A DNA stretch of 64,000 nt from the human T2T-CHM13v2.0 reference genome, Homo sapiens. The notes below the pieces were generated by a model that searched no databases, was not told the origin of the DNA, and saw nothing but the letters and a program-made list of their open reading frames with translations. A program made the translations under genes and the position numbers. This document shows positions 28,944-40,949 of the stretch, piece after piece; the first letter of the stretch is position 1, and each line of letters opens with the position of its first letter. The DNA lies in assembly GCF_009914755.1 (NCBI RefSeq), contig NC_060942.1. One strand, given 5' to 3'.

Positions 28944-29849
28944 AATGGTGTTTTATTTCAGAGAACATAAACCATATCATAACTGTACTGTAAAAGAGAG
29001 AGGTTATTCTGGTGAAAATGTTTTAAGATGCAAAAATAAGAACATATGTAGACTCATATTACTATTTATCTCAAACTACATTTAATGTGCCAAAATACCC
29101 CAGCGTTCATTTAAGCATTCAGCTCTGCGTGTCGTATATGAGTGGCTCTGCCTAAGTGGAGAGTGAAGGGAGGGTTTCTAAATGAACAAGCTGGAAAATT
29201 TCTTCTCGTGAGTTTCTTGGTAATTAACACAAGCTATTCATCTCCTGTTTATGCTTACTCTTTACACAATTCCATGTTTCCCTTCAACATTTAATTCAGT
29301 AAAATAATAAACTCACTTCATTCTCTTAAAGAAACATAAATATATAAAAATAATATAAATAACAAATAATAAAATATAGTTAAAATAATAAAAATGAATA
29401 AATTGTAAACATCATAAAATGGTACAGAACAATGTGTTTTCAATATTGTGATTTCACTGAAATAGAATTGCAGAACTTATGCCTTAAAAACATTAGTTAT
29501 CTAAACCTGTATGCAAATAAATAAATATTTACGTAATGCCAAATTTTCAGAATTATGTGTATAAAGTAAATAATGAGGATAGCGCTTTCCCTTAGCCCAT
29601 TACTTAAAATGGAAACCTGTGCCCCTCCACACCTCTGCTTTCAGGTCTCTGAATCTTCCCTCACCTCTTCTATTACATCTCTCTCCATTGCTGTTTCCCA
29701 CTTTAGTGTTCCACACAATTCCAAATTTACCTCCTGTTTGTGGCCTTCCCAAACCACTCTTCCTCCACCCCGTCGGACTGCCAAGAAAACTGGGATCATA
29801 GCAGTTTCACTCATTCAGATGCTGCAAATGCCTGGGAAAGCTTCTACAC

Positions 29850-30175
29850 AGAGGGTCAGGATAGGCCTCATTGAGAAGGTGACATTTGGTCATTTTTTTG
29901 AAAGAAGTAAGAAGACGAGTTGGAGAGACAGTTGAATACCTGTAATGAGAACAACAACAACAACTCAGAGGCCTTAGGGGTGGGGAGTTGTCTGTTGAAA
30001 TAACAGCAAAGATTCCAGTGACCCTGGGAAACACGCAGTGAGGGGTCCAGCAGGTGGAGAGGAGGCAGAGTGGTACCAGGTTCTGCCAGACTCATATAAT
30101 GGTATAACTCTGCATAAGATGAGAAATACTGAAGATGTCTAACAGAGGAATGACATGAGCCAACTTATGCTTTAT
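29850..30175 (-). mobile_element. L2 fragment, followed by a + strand L2 tail at about 30176-30210
   Basis: ggtcaggataggcctcattgagaaggtgacatttg...cagaggaatgacatga; then tggtaggcactcaataaatat. Confidence 0.7.
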
Positions 30176-30461
30176 GGTAGGCACTCAATAAATATCAAAT
30201 TAAATTGAACTGAGTTGGTTTTGAGAAAAAAGTAGCTGCAAACTGGACGGTTTAGCAACTTCTCAGACACTATACATACAAAAAATAAAAAAGGGATTAT
30301 TGAGAAATATATTTAGGATGATGGGAATAAGGTTAATTAACATGAAATAGTGATTGGAGTTTAGGATGTTCACTTTTTTTGAGAATCTAAAAGTAATTTC
30401 TAAAGAGAACTTCAACTGAAAGTGCACACACACCCATACACTTGTGCACACATTTTTAAAA

Positions 30462-30765
30462 ATTTTTATTTTATATTTTATTTGAGATGGGGTCTTGTTT
30501 TGCCCAGGCTGGAGTGCAGTGGGGCTGTCTGGAATCATCGCAGTCTCGTCCTCCCTGGCTGAAGTGATCCTCCCACCTCACCCGCCCAAGTAGCTGGGAT
30601 TACCGGCACGAGCCACCATGCCCAGCTAATTATTATTGTATCTTTTGTAGAGATAGGGTTTCACCATATTGCCCAGGCTTGTCTGGAACTCCTGGGCTGA
30701 AGTGATCTGCCTGCCTTGGCCTCCCAAAGTGCTAGGATTATAGGTGTGAGCCACCATGCCTAGCC
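30462..30765 (-). mobile_element. AluJ
   Basis: gagatggggtcttg...gatcctcccacctca...ttgcccaggcttgtctggaactcctgggctgaag. Confidence 0.92.
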
Positions 30766-31688
30766 CACACAACTTTAATTTGAAAGTTAAGGTTGTCAAT
30801 AGTTTACAAAATTTTTTTCAATTAGTAGTTGAACTATCTAAGAACAGACCCATGTTCACAGTGCCAATTGAGGGATTTTTTTTAAAGAATATATTGCAGT
30901 GAATAATAGACACAAGCTGTTGATGACAATACCGCAAAGGTTTGAATATTTCAAGGATGGTTAAAAAAAGGCAAAATGAATAGTATAATATTTTTGCCAA
31001 ATTCTTACCACAAGACATGATGTATCAGAATTATATGCATATGTTTAAATATTTAACAGATTTTATTTATTCACAGGATTTGTTGCTGATATAAATAAAA
31101 GACAATATTTTAATTAATTTGGATAGAAAGTTGAGAGTTTTCTATCATCAAAACTTGTCATTTGGTTTTTAATACCTACTTTTAATTCATTTCTAAGGGA
31201 CAGATTTAAGATACCACAAGCACTCCTGCTGTCTGCCATAGCAGCTGCTAGTTATTTCCAGGAAATGACATTAGTATAGCATATGAACAAGAAAATAAAC
31301 AAAAACAGAATCAGGCTTCTATAAGGAACACTAGGGAGAAAAATCAATGTTTCTTTAAAGGAAAAAAAAAAACCGTGAAATTTGAGAAAGAGTATTTTTC
31401 TTTTCAAGCTTCTCAGAGAGCATTTAGCCAGAAACGAAAACAAGACACAACAGTACAAAAACTTAAGCATTTTACCTATTATCTGTAAAATACCTGTGGA
31501 AGAAAGTAACAAAAAAGACATAGAAGAAATCTGAATTATCAGAGACAAGTGGATATATTGTCTTAAAAGTTATTTGAGGTCACTAGGAAATAATTTAGAA
31601 AAATAAAAAATACTGAGTTTCCTAATATGGGGGACTTGTAAAGTAACCTGGGACTAGCCTCTTTATGAGGACAGCTAGAGATGCTGAG

Positions 31689-31690
<2 letters not shown>

Positions 31691-31737
<47 letters not shown>
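31691..31737. repeat. (CA)n microsatellite, about 23 units
   Basis: Uninterrupted acacac run. Confidence 0.97.
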
Positions 31738-31740
<3 letters not shown>

Positions 31741-31949
31741 CTAAAAGTCATCTTATTCTCTTTTATTGTATATTGTGTAATAGCAACATAAATTTTCTAA
31801 TGCATCTAGCAACCTATGAGAATAAAGGTAAATTCTCTCTGGAAAAAAGTCTAACATCATAAATGAACTGAAATTATAAGCTGTACAATTTTTATAAGTT
31901 TATAATTTCTATTTATGTTTCTATGTATTTATAGATAGCACAATTTCTG

Positions 31950-31958
<9 letters not shown>

Positions 31959-31991
<33 letters not shown>
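31959..31991. repeat. (TA)n microsatellite
   Basis: Uninterrupted tatata run. Confidence 0.95.
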
Positions 31992-31995
<4 letters not shown>

Positions 31996-33217
31996 GTTCA
32001 TGTTATAAATACGTAGTGCCTATATATAGATACAAACAAAATGTAATTGAAAACCATGATAATTAATGAGTACTAAAAGTAGAACCACAGTACTCCCAGA
32101 CAATATCCAGGTAGTGGCACCGTCTAACACAGACTTTAAATAAGCTATGAATAACAATGTTGATAACCTCAAGGCAAGATTGAGAAAAAAAAAACTATGA
32201 GGACACACATATTTAAATTTCTGTTGCCAGAGACAAAACAAATATGCAAAGAAAAATGAGAGAAAAAATAAAGATTACTTTCAAAAGAACATCAGTCAGA
32301 GTATCAATTGACAATTCAACAGTGACAATAAGAGACAAGAAAAGAAATAAAGTCAGTTTTTCATATGCTTAAATTGTTAAACCTTAACAATTAAGGTTCT
32401 GGAATTTAATATCCACTTAGTCAATAACTAAGGTGAAATGAAGACATTTTTGAACCAAGAAATCTGATATAATTCATCACCAGTGATCCCATATTAAGGG
32501 AAATTGTGGAGGTCCTGTTTCAGGTATGAGAAAAGTAATGTCATTTATAAGATTTATACATGCACATATATGCATAGATATAAGTGTGAAATATATGTTG
32601 ATAATAGCATATGTTTTAGCATGGGGTAAATTTATTTAAAGAATTCTAAGGTGTTTTATTGTGCAGGGGATAGTTAAAAATAAGACTTATATTAGACTTC
32701 GACTTGTTAGAAAGGTATGTTGTAAATACTGGGTAACCATTAAAATTATTGTAAATATATGCTTATGATTGAAATAAAATGATAAAAATGCAAAGTCAGG
32801 TCAGAAATGAAGGTATGAATGAAGATTTAAAAATTGGAAGAATCACATCTGGAATAAGAATAAAACAAATAGTAAAATGGAATTTAAATTCAAATTTATA
32901 AATAATCATATCAAATATAACTGGAATATATTCTCCAATAAAAACAAGATTATCCAACTTGATCATGTAAAAGAACTATAATATGCTGCTTACAGGCAAC
33001 ACATAAAACATACTGTAACAGTTTGTACATGGATAGAAAAACATACCATACATAGAGCAACCAAAATATACCTGATGTCATTGTATTAATATCAAATAAT
33101 ACTTTATGGGAAATAGGATTACCAATGATAAGAAAGATAATTCATAAAGATAAAATTTTCAATTCACAAGGAAGCTGTAAAATTGCCTATCTATATGCAC
33201 TAATAAAGTAATAACAT

Positions 33218-34263
33218 CTATCTAGACTAATAAAGAAGAAAAGAGAGAAGAATCCAATAGACACAATAAAAAATTAGAAAGGGGATATCACCACTGACTG
33301 CACAGAAATACAAACAACCATCAGAGAATACTTTAAAGAGCTGTATGCATGTAAATTAGAAAATCTAGGAAAATGGGTATATTCCTGGGCACATGCATCC
33401 TTCCAGGACTGAACCAGGAAGAAGGTGAATCCCTGAATAGACTAATAACAAGTTCCAAAATTGAGGCAGTAATAAATAACTTATCAACCAAAAAAAGCCA
33501 AGGACCAGATGGATTTACAACTGAATACTTCCAGAAATGCAAAGAGGAGCTGCTACCATTCCTTCTAAAACTATTCCAAATAATGGAAAAGGAGGGTCTA
33601 CTCCCTAACTCATTCTATGAGATCAGCATCATCCTGATACCAAAACCAGGCAGAGATACAACAAAAAAAGAAAACTTCAGGCCAATATTCCTCATGAACA
33701 TTGATGCAAAAATTCTCTATAAAATACTGGCAAACCGAATCCAGCGGCACATTAAAAAGCTTATCTACCACGATCAAGTTGGTTTCATTTCTTAGATGCA
33801 AGACTGGTTCAACATATGTAAATTAATAAACGTAATTCATAATTCATCACATAAACAGAACTAAAGACAAAAAGTATATGGTTATCTCAATAGATGCAGA
33901 AAAGGCCTTAAAATATAAATTCAATATGCTTTCATGTTAAAAACTCTCAACAAACTAGGTATTGAAGGAATATACCTCAAAATAATAAGAGTCATTTATG
34001 ATATACCCACAGCCAATATCATACTGAATGGGCAAAAGCTGGAAGCATTCCGCTTGAAAACCAGCACAAGACAAGGATGCCCTCTCTCACTACTCCTATT
34101 CAATATAGTGTTGGAAGTTCTAGCCAGGGAAATCAGGCAAGAGAAAGAAACTAAGGGTATTCAAATAGGAATGGAGGAAGTCAAAATGTCTTTTTTTGCA
34201 GATCCTATATCTAGAAAACCCCATTGTCTCAGCCCAGAAGCATCTTAAGCTGATAAACAACTT
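33218..34263 (+). mobile_element. L1PA (older primate) ORF2 RT segment; piece 1 of a rearranged element
   Basis: ORFs give [36 protein letters not shown]; the catalytic FADD motif is broken by a small deletion (FFADPISR). Confidence 0.95.
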
Positions 34264-34284
34264 GGTATATTTCTTTTCAGGTTT

Positions 34285-35963
34285 TCAGGTTTGTCTAGGA
34301 TCAGATGGTTGTACATGAGCAATCTTATTTCTGAGTTTTCTATTCTGTTCCAATGCTCTATGTGTCTGTTTTTGTACCAGTACCATACTGTTTTGGTTAT
34401 TATAGCCTTATAGCATATTTTGAAGTTTGGTAGGGTAATGCCTCCAGCTTTGTTCTTTTTGCTTAGGATTGTCTTGGCTATACAGGCCTTTTTTGGTTCC
34501 ATATGAATTTAAAAATAGACTGTTCTAAGTCTCTGAAGAACATCAATGGTAGTTTAATGGGAATAGCATTGAATCTATATATTACTTTGGGTAGTATGGC
34601 CATTTTCACTATATTGATTCTTCCTATCCATGAGCGTGGAATATTTTTCTATTTGTTTGTGTCCTGTCTTGTTTCCTTGAGCAGAAGTTTGTAGTTCTCC
34701 TTGAAGAGGTCCTTCACTTCCCTTGTTAACTGTATTCCTAGGTAGTATTCTCTTTGTAGCAATAGTGAATGGGAGTCCATTCATGATTTGGCTCTCTGCT
34801 TGCCTGTTGTTTGTGTAAAGGAATGCTTGTACCTCTGTGTTGCAGGAAGTCAGGGACCCTGAATGGAGAGACCGGCTGAAGCCATGGCAGAAGAACATAA
34901 ATTATGAAGATTTCATGGACATTTATTAGTTCCCCAAATTAATACTTTTATAATTTCTTACGCCTGTCTTTACTGCAATCTCTGAACATAAATTGTGAAG
35001 ATTTCATGGACACTTATCACTTCCCCAATCAATACTCTTGTGATTTCCTATGCCTGTCTTTACTCTAATCTCTTAATCCTGTCATCTTCATAAGCTGAGG
35101 AGGATGTATCTCGCCTCAGGACCCTGTGATGATTGCGTTAACTGCACAAATTGTTTGTAGAGCATGTGTGTTTGAACAATATGAAATCTGGGCACCTTGA
35201 AAAAAGAACAGGGTAACAGCAATGTTCAGGGAACAAGAGAGATAACCTTAAACTCTGACTGCCGGTGAGCCAGGCAGAACAGAGCCATATTTCTCTTCTT
35301 TCAAAAGCAAATGGGAGAAATATCGCTGAATTATTTTTCTCAGCAAGGAACATCCCTGAGAAAGAGAATGCATCCCTGAAGGTAGGCCTCTGAAATGGCC
35401 GCTTCAGGGGCAGCTGTCTTTTACAGTCGCAGCTGTAGGGATGAAATAAGCCCCAGTCTCCCGTAGCGCTCCCAGGCTTATTAGGACGAGGAAATTCCCA
35501 CCTAATAAATTTTGGTCAGACGGGTTGTCTGCTCTCAAACCCTGTCTCCTGATAAGACGTTATCAATGACAATGTGTGCCCGAAACTTCATTAGCAATTT
35601 TAATTTCGCCCCAGTCCTGTGGTCCTGTGATCTCGCCCTGCCTCCATTTGCCTTGTGTGATGTCTTATTACCTTGTGAAGCATGTGATCTCTGTGACCCA
35701 CACCCTATTCGTACACTCCCTCCCCTTTTGAAAATCACTAATAAAAACTTGCTGGTTTTATGGCTCAGGGGGCATCACGGAACCTGCCGACATGTGATGT
35801 CTCCCCCGGCCACCCAGCTTTAAAATTTCTCTCTTTTGTATGCTGTCCCTTTATTTCTCAGACCAGCCGACACTTAGGGAAAGTAGAAAAGAACCTACGT
35901 GAAATATCGGGGTGAATTTCATCCGATACTTCTGCACATTAATTTTGTATCCTGAGACTTTGC
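34285..35963 (-). mobile_element. Inverted L1 ORF2 segment (piece 2), interrupted by MER11
   Basis: Minus [20 protein letters not shown]...WYWYKNRHI; the L1 resumes after the LTR as cttctgcacattaattttgtatcctgagactttgc. Confidence 0.93.
34838..35928 (+). mobile_element. MER11 (B/C-like) solo LTR of HERV-K(HML-8), 1091 bp
   Basis: Starts tgttgcaggaagtcagggaccc...ccggctgaagccatggcagaagaac; internal ~91-bp tandem pair; aataaa near 35740; ends gaaatatcggggtgaatttcatccgata; 6-bp TSD cctctg/cttctg. Confidence 0.93.
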
Positions 35964-36235
35964 AAGAACAGAAAACCAAACACCACATATTTTCCCATAT
36001 AAGTGGGAGCTGAACAATTGGATCACACGGACACAGGAAGGGGTACAACACACTCTGGGGCCTGTTAGGGGGTGGGGTTGGGGGAAAGAGAGCATTATGA
36101 AAAATAACTAATGCATGCTGGGCTTAACACCCAGGTAATGTGTTGATAGGTGCAACGAACCACTATGGCATACGTCTACCTATGTAACAGACCTTCACTT
36201 CCTGCATATGTACCCCAAAACTAAAAATAAAAGTT
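35962..36235 (+). mobile_element. L1PA8-PA11-like 3'UTR (piece 3)
   Basis: caagaacagaaaaccaaacacc...taatgcatgctgggcttaa...tgtaccccaaaactaaaaataaaa. Confidence 0.9.
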
Positions 36236-36330
36236 TGAGGAGAAAAAGAAAATATGCTTATATCTATAATGTATAAAGAACCTCTAAAATTTGAAAATAA
36301 ATATACTGAGTAAAACATATAAACATCTAG

Positions 36331-36897
36331 CTTGTTGTTCCCCTCTATGAGTTCATGAGTCCATGTGTTCTCATCATTTAGCTCCCACTTTTAAGTGAGA
36401 ACATGCAGTATTTTGTTTTCTGTTCTTGAGTTAGTTTACTAACGATAATGACCTCAGTTCTATCCATGTTCCTGCAAAGGATATGAGCTCATTTTTTTTT
36501 TTCCTTTGGTGGATGCATAGTATTTCATGGTGCATATGTACCACATTTTCTTTATCCAATCTGTCACTGAGGGACATTTAGGTTGATTCCATATCTTTGC
36601 TATCGTGAATAGTGCTGCAATGAACATATAGGCCCATGTGTCTTTATAATAGAATGATTTATATTCCTTTGGGTATATACCCAGCAATGGGATTGACACA
36701 TAGAGGGAAACAATAAATACTGGTGCCTTTTGGAGGGTGGAGGGTGGGAGAAGGCAGAGGATCAAGGAAAATAATTAATGGGCACTAGGCTTAATACTTG
36801 GGTGAAATAACATATACAACAAACCCCCATGACACAAGTTTACCTATGTAACAAACATGCATTTGTATCCCTGAACTGAAAATGTAAGTTTAAAAAA
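36331..36897 (+). mobile_element. L1PA13-16-like element with 5' inversion (inverted 36331-36695, sense 36695-36897)
   Basis: Antisense L1 up to gggtatatacccagcaatgggattg, then sense gacacatagagggaaacaa...aacaaacccccatgacacaagtttacctatgtaacaaac. Confidence 0.88.
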
Positions 36898-36957
36898 TGC
36901 AGTTAACAGGAAAGTAAATGCAAGTGACCCTTAAACTTAGAAATATTTGACTTGTTT

Positions 36958-37290
36958 AGAAAAAGTTGATCTCATAGGAGCAGAGTAGAGTGGTGGTTAC
37001 CAGTTACTGAGGAAATTGTGGGGAAGAAGGGGTGGGAACATGTTGGTCAAAGGATACATATTTGCAGTTAGATAGGAGGGATAAGTTCAAGAGATTTAAT
37101 TGTACAGCACCATGACCATAGTTAACAACATATTGTATTCTTGAAATATTCTGAGAGAGTGGATGTAAGTGTTCTTATAATTACATGAGGTGATGCTCAT
37201 GTTAATTAGCTAGATTTAGTCATTCTGCAATGTACATATGCACTTCAAAAGGTCGTGTACATGGCATAAAATTTATCTGTCAATGTAAAA
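36958..37290 (+). mobile_element. L1MA 3' end
   Basis: aaaagttgatctcataggagcagagtagagtggtggttaccag...cagttagataggagggataagttcaagagat. Confidence 0.85.
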
Positions 37291-37449
37291 ATTATAAATA
37301 AATTGTCCATTTAACTTGTAGAAATTTTTTGAAAACTCAAAAAAAATTCAACTTGCTTATAAGAATATTCAAAATAAAGTTATGCCAATATACAATTTCT
37401 TCCTTATAATATTGCATAAAATGCATAAGATTGAAAACATCGTCAATTC

Positions 37450-39170
37450 TCAAATTCATTTTGGAAGTGCCTATTATCAAGAAATTCCTTGCAGAAATAA
37501 AAGTGCTATAAGTCCTATGGAGTAGATTTAGCGATATGTATCCAGATTGAATATACATGTACATTTTTATCTCAGCAATGGAATTTCTAGAAATCAACTC
37601 AAAGAAATTGTGAAAATATGGTAATATACACGTTCAAATGTCTTTAATGCAATGTCATTGGTGATGGAAAAATCCTGAGGATAAGGGACTCAAGGATATT
37701 GTGGTGTATCCACACAAATGAGTATTCAGGTGTTGAAAGGAATAATGGATCATCAGAATATATGGTTAAGTGAAGATAGCGTGGTGAAGAAAGTCTAGTA
37801 TATAATGTGCTCATGTATGAAAAAAGCAGTGATATGAATATAATGACTATTTTATATATAAAACACACATGTATAATTAGCTATGTTAATGTTTGAAGGA
37901 TACAGGAAAAACTAATAAGTGTGTAGAAACTAACTGCATATCAAATTATTGGCTTAATTGCACTTAGTGTAATTTTGTTATTTTAATAAACAATAATTTG
38001 ACTGCATATAAGGACAAAAACCCTGAATATAAATCTTAAACTGTTTTTAGTAATTATTTTGCTAGTATTTATACTAATAATAATATTTTAAAATAATTAC
38101 ACACATAACAAAATAAGGCAAATGTGTAATTATGTTAATTTTGTTAGAAATTGAAAATTTTAGTGTGAAAAAATACAGTATAAAATCATAAAAGACTGAA
38201 AAAGCCCCCTGTAGTCCTGAACTGTAATTGCAAGTGTCATTATAAAACTGTAATATATTTATTTTTAAAGATAAAATGTATTATTTAAATTAACTGCTGA
38301 AGTGCCCTATGAATGATGACAAAGCATTGAGCACCTCTAATGCCAGGAATAGACTCATGAAATATTATCCCAATAAATGGAATTGTTTTGAAGCAGTGGA
38401 TGCTTCCAGGTCTGCACAAAAATGTACACTGTCAGCGTAGAACATCATGTCATATGAGCAAACAATCCATCAAAGATCACCAAAGGTGTGGCAAAATCAA
38501 CAGACAAAACAGGGGATCCTGGTTTAACAAGACACTACTGAACACATTTGGAGTAGCTAGACCATCAAAAAGTACAATACCTTCAATTTCAATTCAATTT
38601 CTTTAAACGCATTAAACATGACATGGTTTATGATGACATAATTCTCCATAAATATTAAGGTTCAACTTACCAAGTCATTATCTGAAAATCATATGAAAGA
38701 AATGTTAGCAAATATTTCTCCAGTTTCTTCACAAACTGTACCCAGATCTATAGTCAACGAAGAACGCCAGAATTCTAATGTAACTGTTTAACAATGTTCA
38801 ATTAAATTATATTTCAGTGTAATGGTCACAGATGGCTGTTAAATACATACATAATACATAATAAAATACAATACATAATACATAATAAAATACATAATAA
38901 ATACATAATAAAAGGAATAAAATACATAATAAAGGTAAAAAGATACAGTGAACTTTAGAGTGGATGTGCTCATCTCAATGGCTAAACACACTGTATAATG
39001 TTCATATAAAAAGTGAAAATAACCAAACATTCTATGTTTATAATGCACTATATTAGAAAGTATAAAATAACAGCCATTAATTATTCTTGCCAGACAGCAA
39101 GATCCAAAATATGGAAAATTAACCTAGGTTCTTCATGAAATAAATTTTTAGACAACATTGAGGGTTGGGA
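37450..39170 (+). mobile_element. Diverged L1MC/L1ME 3' region fragments
   Basis: cagcaatggaatttctagaaatcaactcaaagaaat; gagcacctctaatgccag; ttccaggtctg...agaacatcatgtcata; A-rich. Confidence 0.45.
38841..38933. repeat. Degenerate (TACATAATAAAA)n tandem repeat
   Basis: atacataatacataataaaatacaatacataatacataataaaatacataataaatacataataaaa. Confidence 0.85.
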
Positions 39171-39344
39171 TCAGGGACTTAAGAAACATAGGTAGTAAAC
39201 ACAGTGTATGGATGTGCGCCATTCATGCAAGAATGGGGGCGGGAGGGTGTCACAGAAGAGAGAAGCTGGAAGGAGATGCAGAAACATAGGTACTTCATCT
39301 TCACAATATGGCACCACATAACAGGAAGGAATATTGTTTTTTAA

Positions 39345-39699
39345 AAATAATATTTTCAATAGGTTTTTGGGGAACAGGTGGTGTTTGTTACATGAATATG
39401 TTTTTTAGTGGTGATTTCTGAGATTTTGGTGCACCCACCATCTGAGCAGTGTACACTCTATCCAGTGTGTAGTCTTTTATCCCTCACCACCCCCTACCCT
39501 TTCCCCTGAGTCCTCATAGTCTAATGTATCATTCTTAAGCCTTTGCATCCTCATAGCTTAGCTCTCACATGAATGACAACATTCAGTGTTAGGTTTTCCA
39601 TTCCTGAGTTACTTCACTTAGAATTATAGTTTCCAATTCCATCCAGGTTGCTCTAAATGCCATGGTTTAATTCCCTTTTATGGCTGAGTAGTATTCCAT

Positions 39700-39705
<6 letters not shown>
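39345..39705 (-). mobile_element. L1PB1-like 3' end
   Basis: ttttcaataggtttttggggaacaggtggtgtttgttacatgaat...gatttctgagattttggtgcaccc. Confidence 0.9.
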
Positions 39706-39747
<42 letters not shown>

Positions 39748-40137
39748 CATATATACATATATGTGTGTGTGTGTGTATATATATACATATATATGTGTGT
39801 GTGTGTATATATATATCTCCTAAAAATTAGTATTAAAAACCTCCCAAAACAAAACAAAAAATTAATTAATTCCATCTAGGTTGCTCTAAATGCCATGGTT
39901 TAATTCCCTTTTATGGCTGAGTAGTATTCCATGGTGTGTGTGTGTGTGTGTGTATATATACATATATATGTGTGTGTGTGTGTGTATATATATATGTGTG
40001 TGTGTGTGTGTATATATATATATCCTAAAAATTAGTATTAAAAACCTCCCCAAACAAAAAATTAATTAATTAATTCCATCTAGGTTGCTCTAAATGCCAT
40101 GGTTTAATTCCCTTTTATGGCTGAGTAGTATTCCATG

Positions 40138-40168
<31 letters not shown>

Positions 40169-40218
40169 CATATATACATATGTGTGTGTGTATATATATA
40201 TACACATATATACATATA

Positions 40219-40253
<35 letters not shown>

Positions 40254-40303
40254 CCTAAAAATTAGTATTAAAAACCTCCCAAAACAAAAAAAAATTAATT
40301 AAT
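39635..40303. repeat. Triple tandem repeat with ~204-233-bp units, each holding an L1PB segment, a (TG)/(TA) microsatellite and flank
   Basis: Units start at 39635, 39868 and 40072 with aattccatc(c/t)aggttgctctaaatgccatggtttaattcccttttatggctgagtagtattccatgg and end cctaaaaattagtattaaaaacctccc...aattaatt. Confidence 0.97.
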
Positions 40304-40949
40304 GGGCTTAAGACTCAAAGAGGTGCTTTAAAAATGTATGCTCAAATGATGATAAACATGTAGAAGAGTGCTTAGCTTCATTAATATTAAGGTAATTAAA
40401 ATTAAAATTAAATCTGGTACCTTTCAAAGAACTATATAATGAGTAGCCCAGAGCAGGATTGTTATCCCTGTATCGTCCCCTACAGGTTTTGGATTGGCCG
40501 AAGCCTTTGTAATTGGGTTAATGATGTCTTCAGATATGGTTTTTGATAGCTCGTTCTGCTCAAGCGTGAGGTCTAAATTTTAAGATGATACCGTTGGATG
40601 GAAGCAGGTGACATCTTCTCATTGCCAGGCCGAACCCTCTTTTGAGAGTGAAGGACATCAGTCACATGGACCAAAGACCCACAGGAACAAAAGGAAAATT
40701 ATAAGACATTGGCAGATGGGTTATTTTTAATCTAATTCAAAACTCAATGGCTATGAATGAGAACATATATTTGAAGTGAAGGAGGAAGAGCCATGCATAT
40801 TTTTCTAGGTAAAGAACTGAAGTGTCTCTCTCAGTTTCATTTGCATTCAGCTTTAAGTTTCATGATTGACACTCACTGGCTTACCTGTTTGACTTCTGTT
40901 TCTGTAGGATGTGTGGCCTACAAAACATATGTTTTCTTTCTGAGGATTT

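Larger units (their letters stand above)
31250..33215 (+). mobile_element. Old L1M ORF1 and ORF2-start remnants interleaved with STRs
   Basis: A-rich L1-like phrases: aaggtgaaatgaagacatttt, aactataatatgctgcttacagg, ttcataaagataaaattttcaattcacaaggaag. Confidence 0.55.

Noticed and set aside
29573-30095. 120-aa ORF and overlapping ORFs
   Set aside because: Overlap L2 sequence, show no recognisable domain and have no supporting splice structure
29850-30210. Opposed L2 fragments as a possible miR-28/miR-151-type hairpin
   Set aside because: The fragments are not two complementary 3' tails, and no long stem is visible
39635-40303. Repeat/variable-spacer pattern superficially like a CRISPR array
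   Set aside because: The 'spacers' are TG/TA microsatellites, the repeats derive from L1 and flank, the context is primate DNA and there are no cas genes
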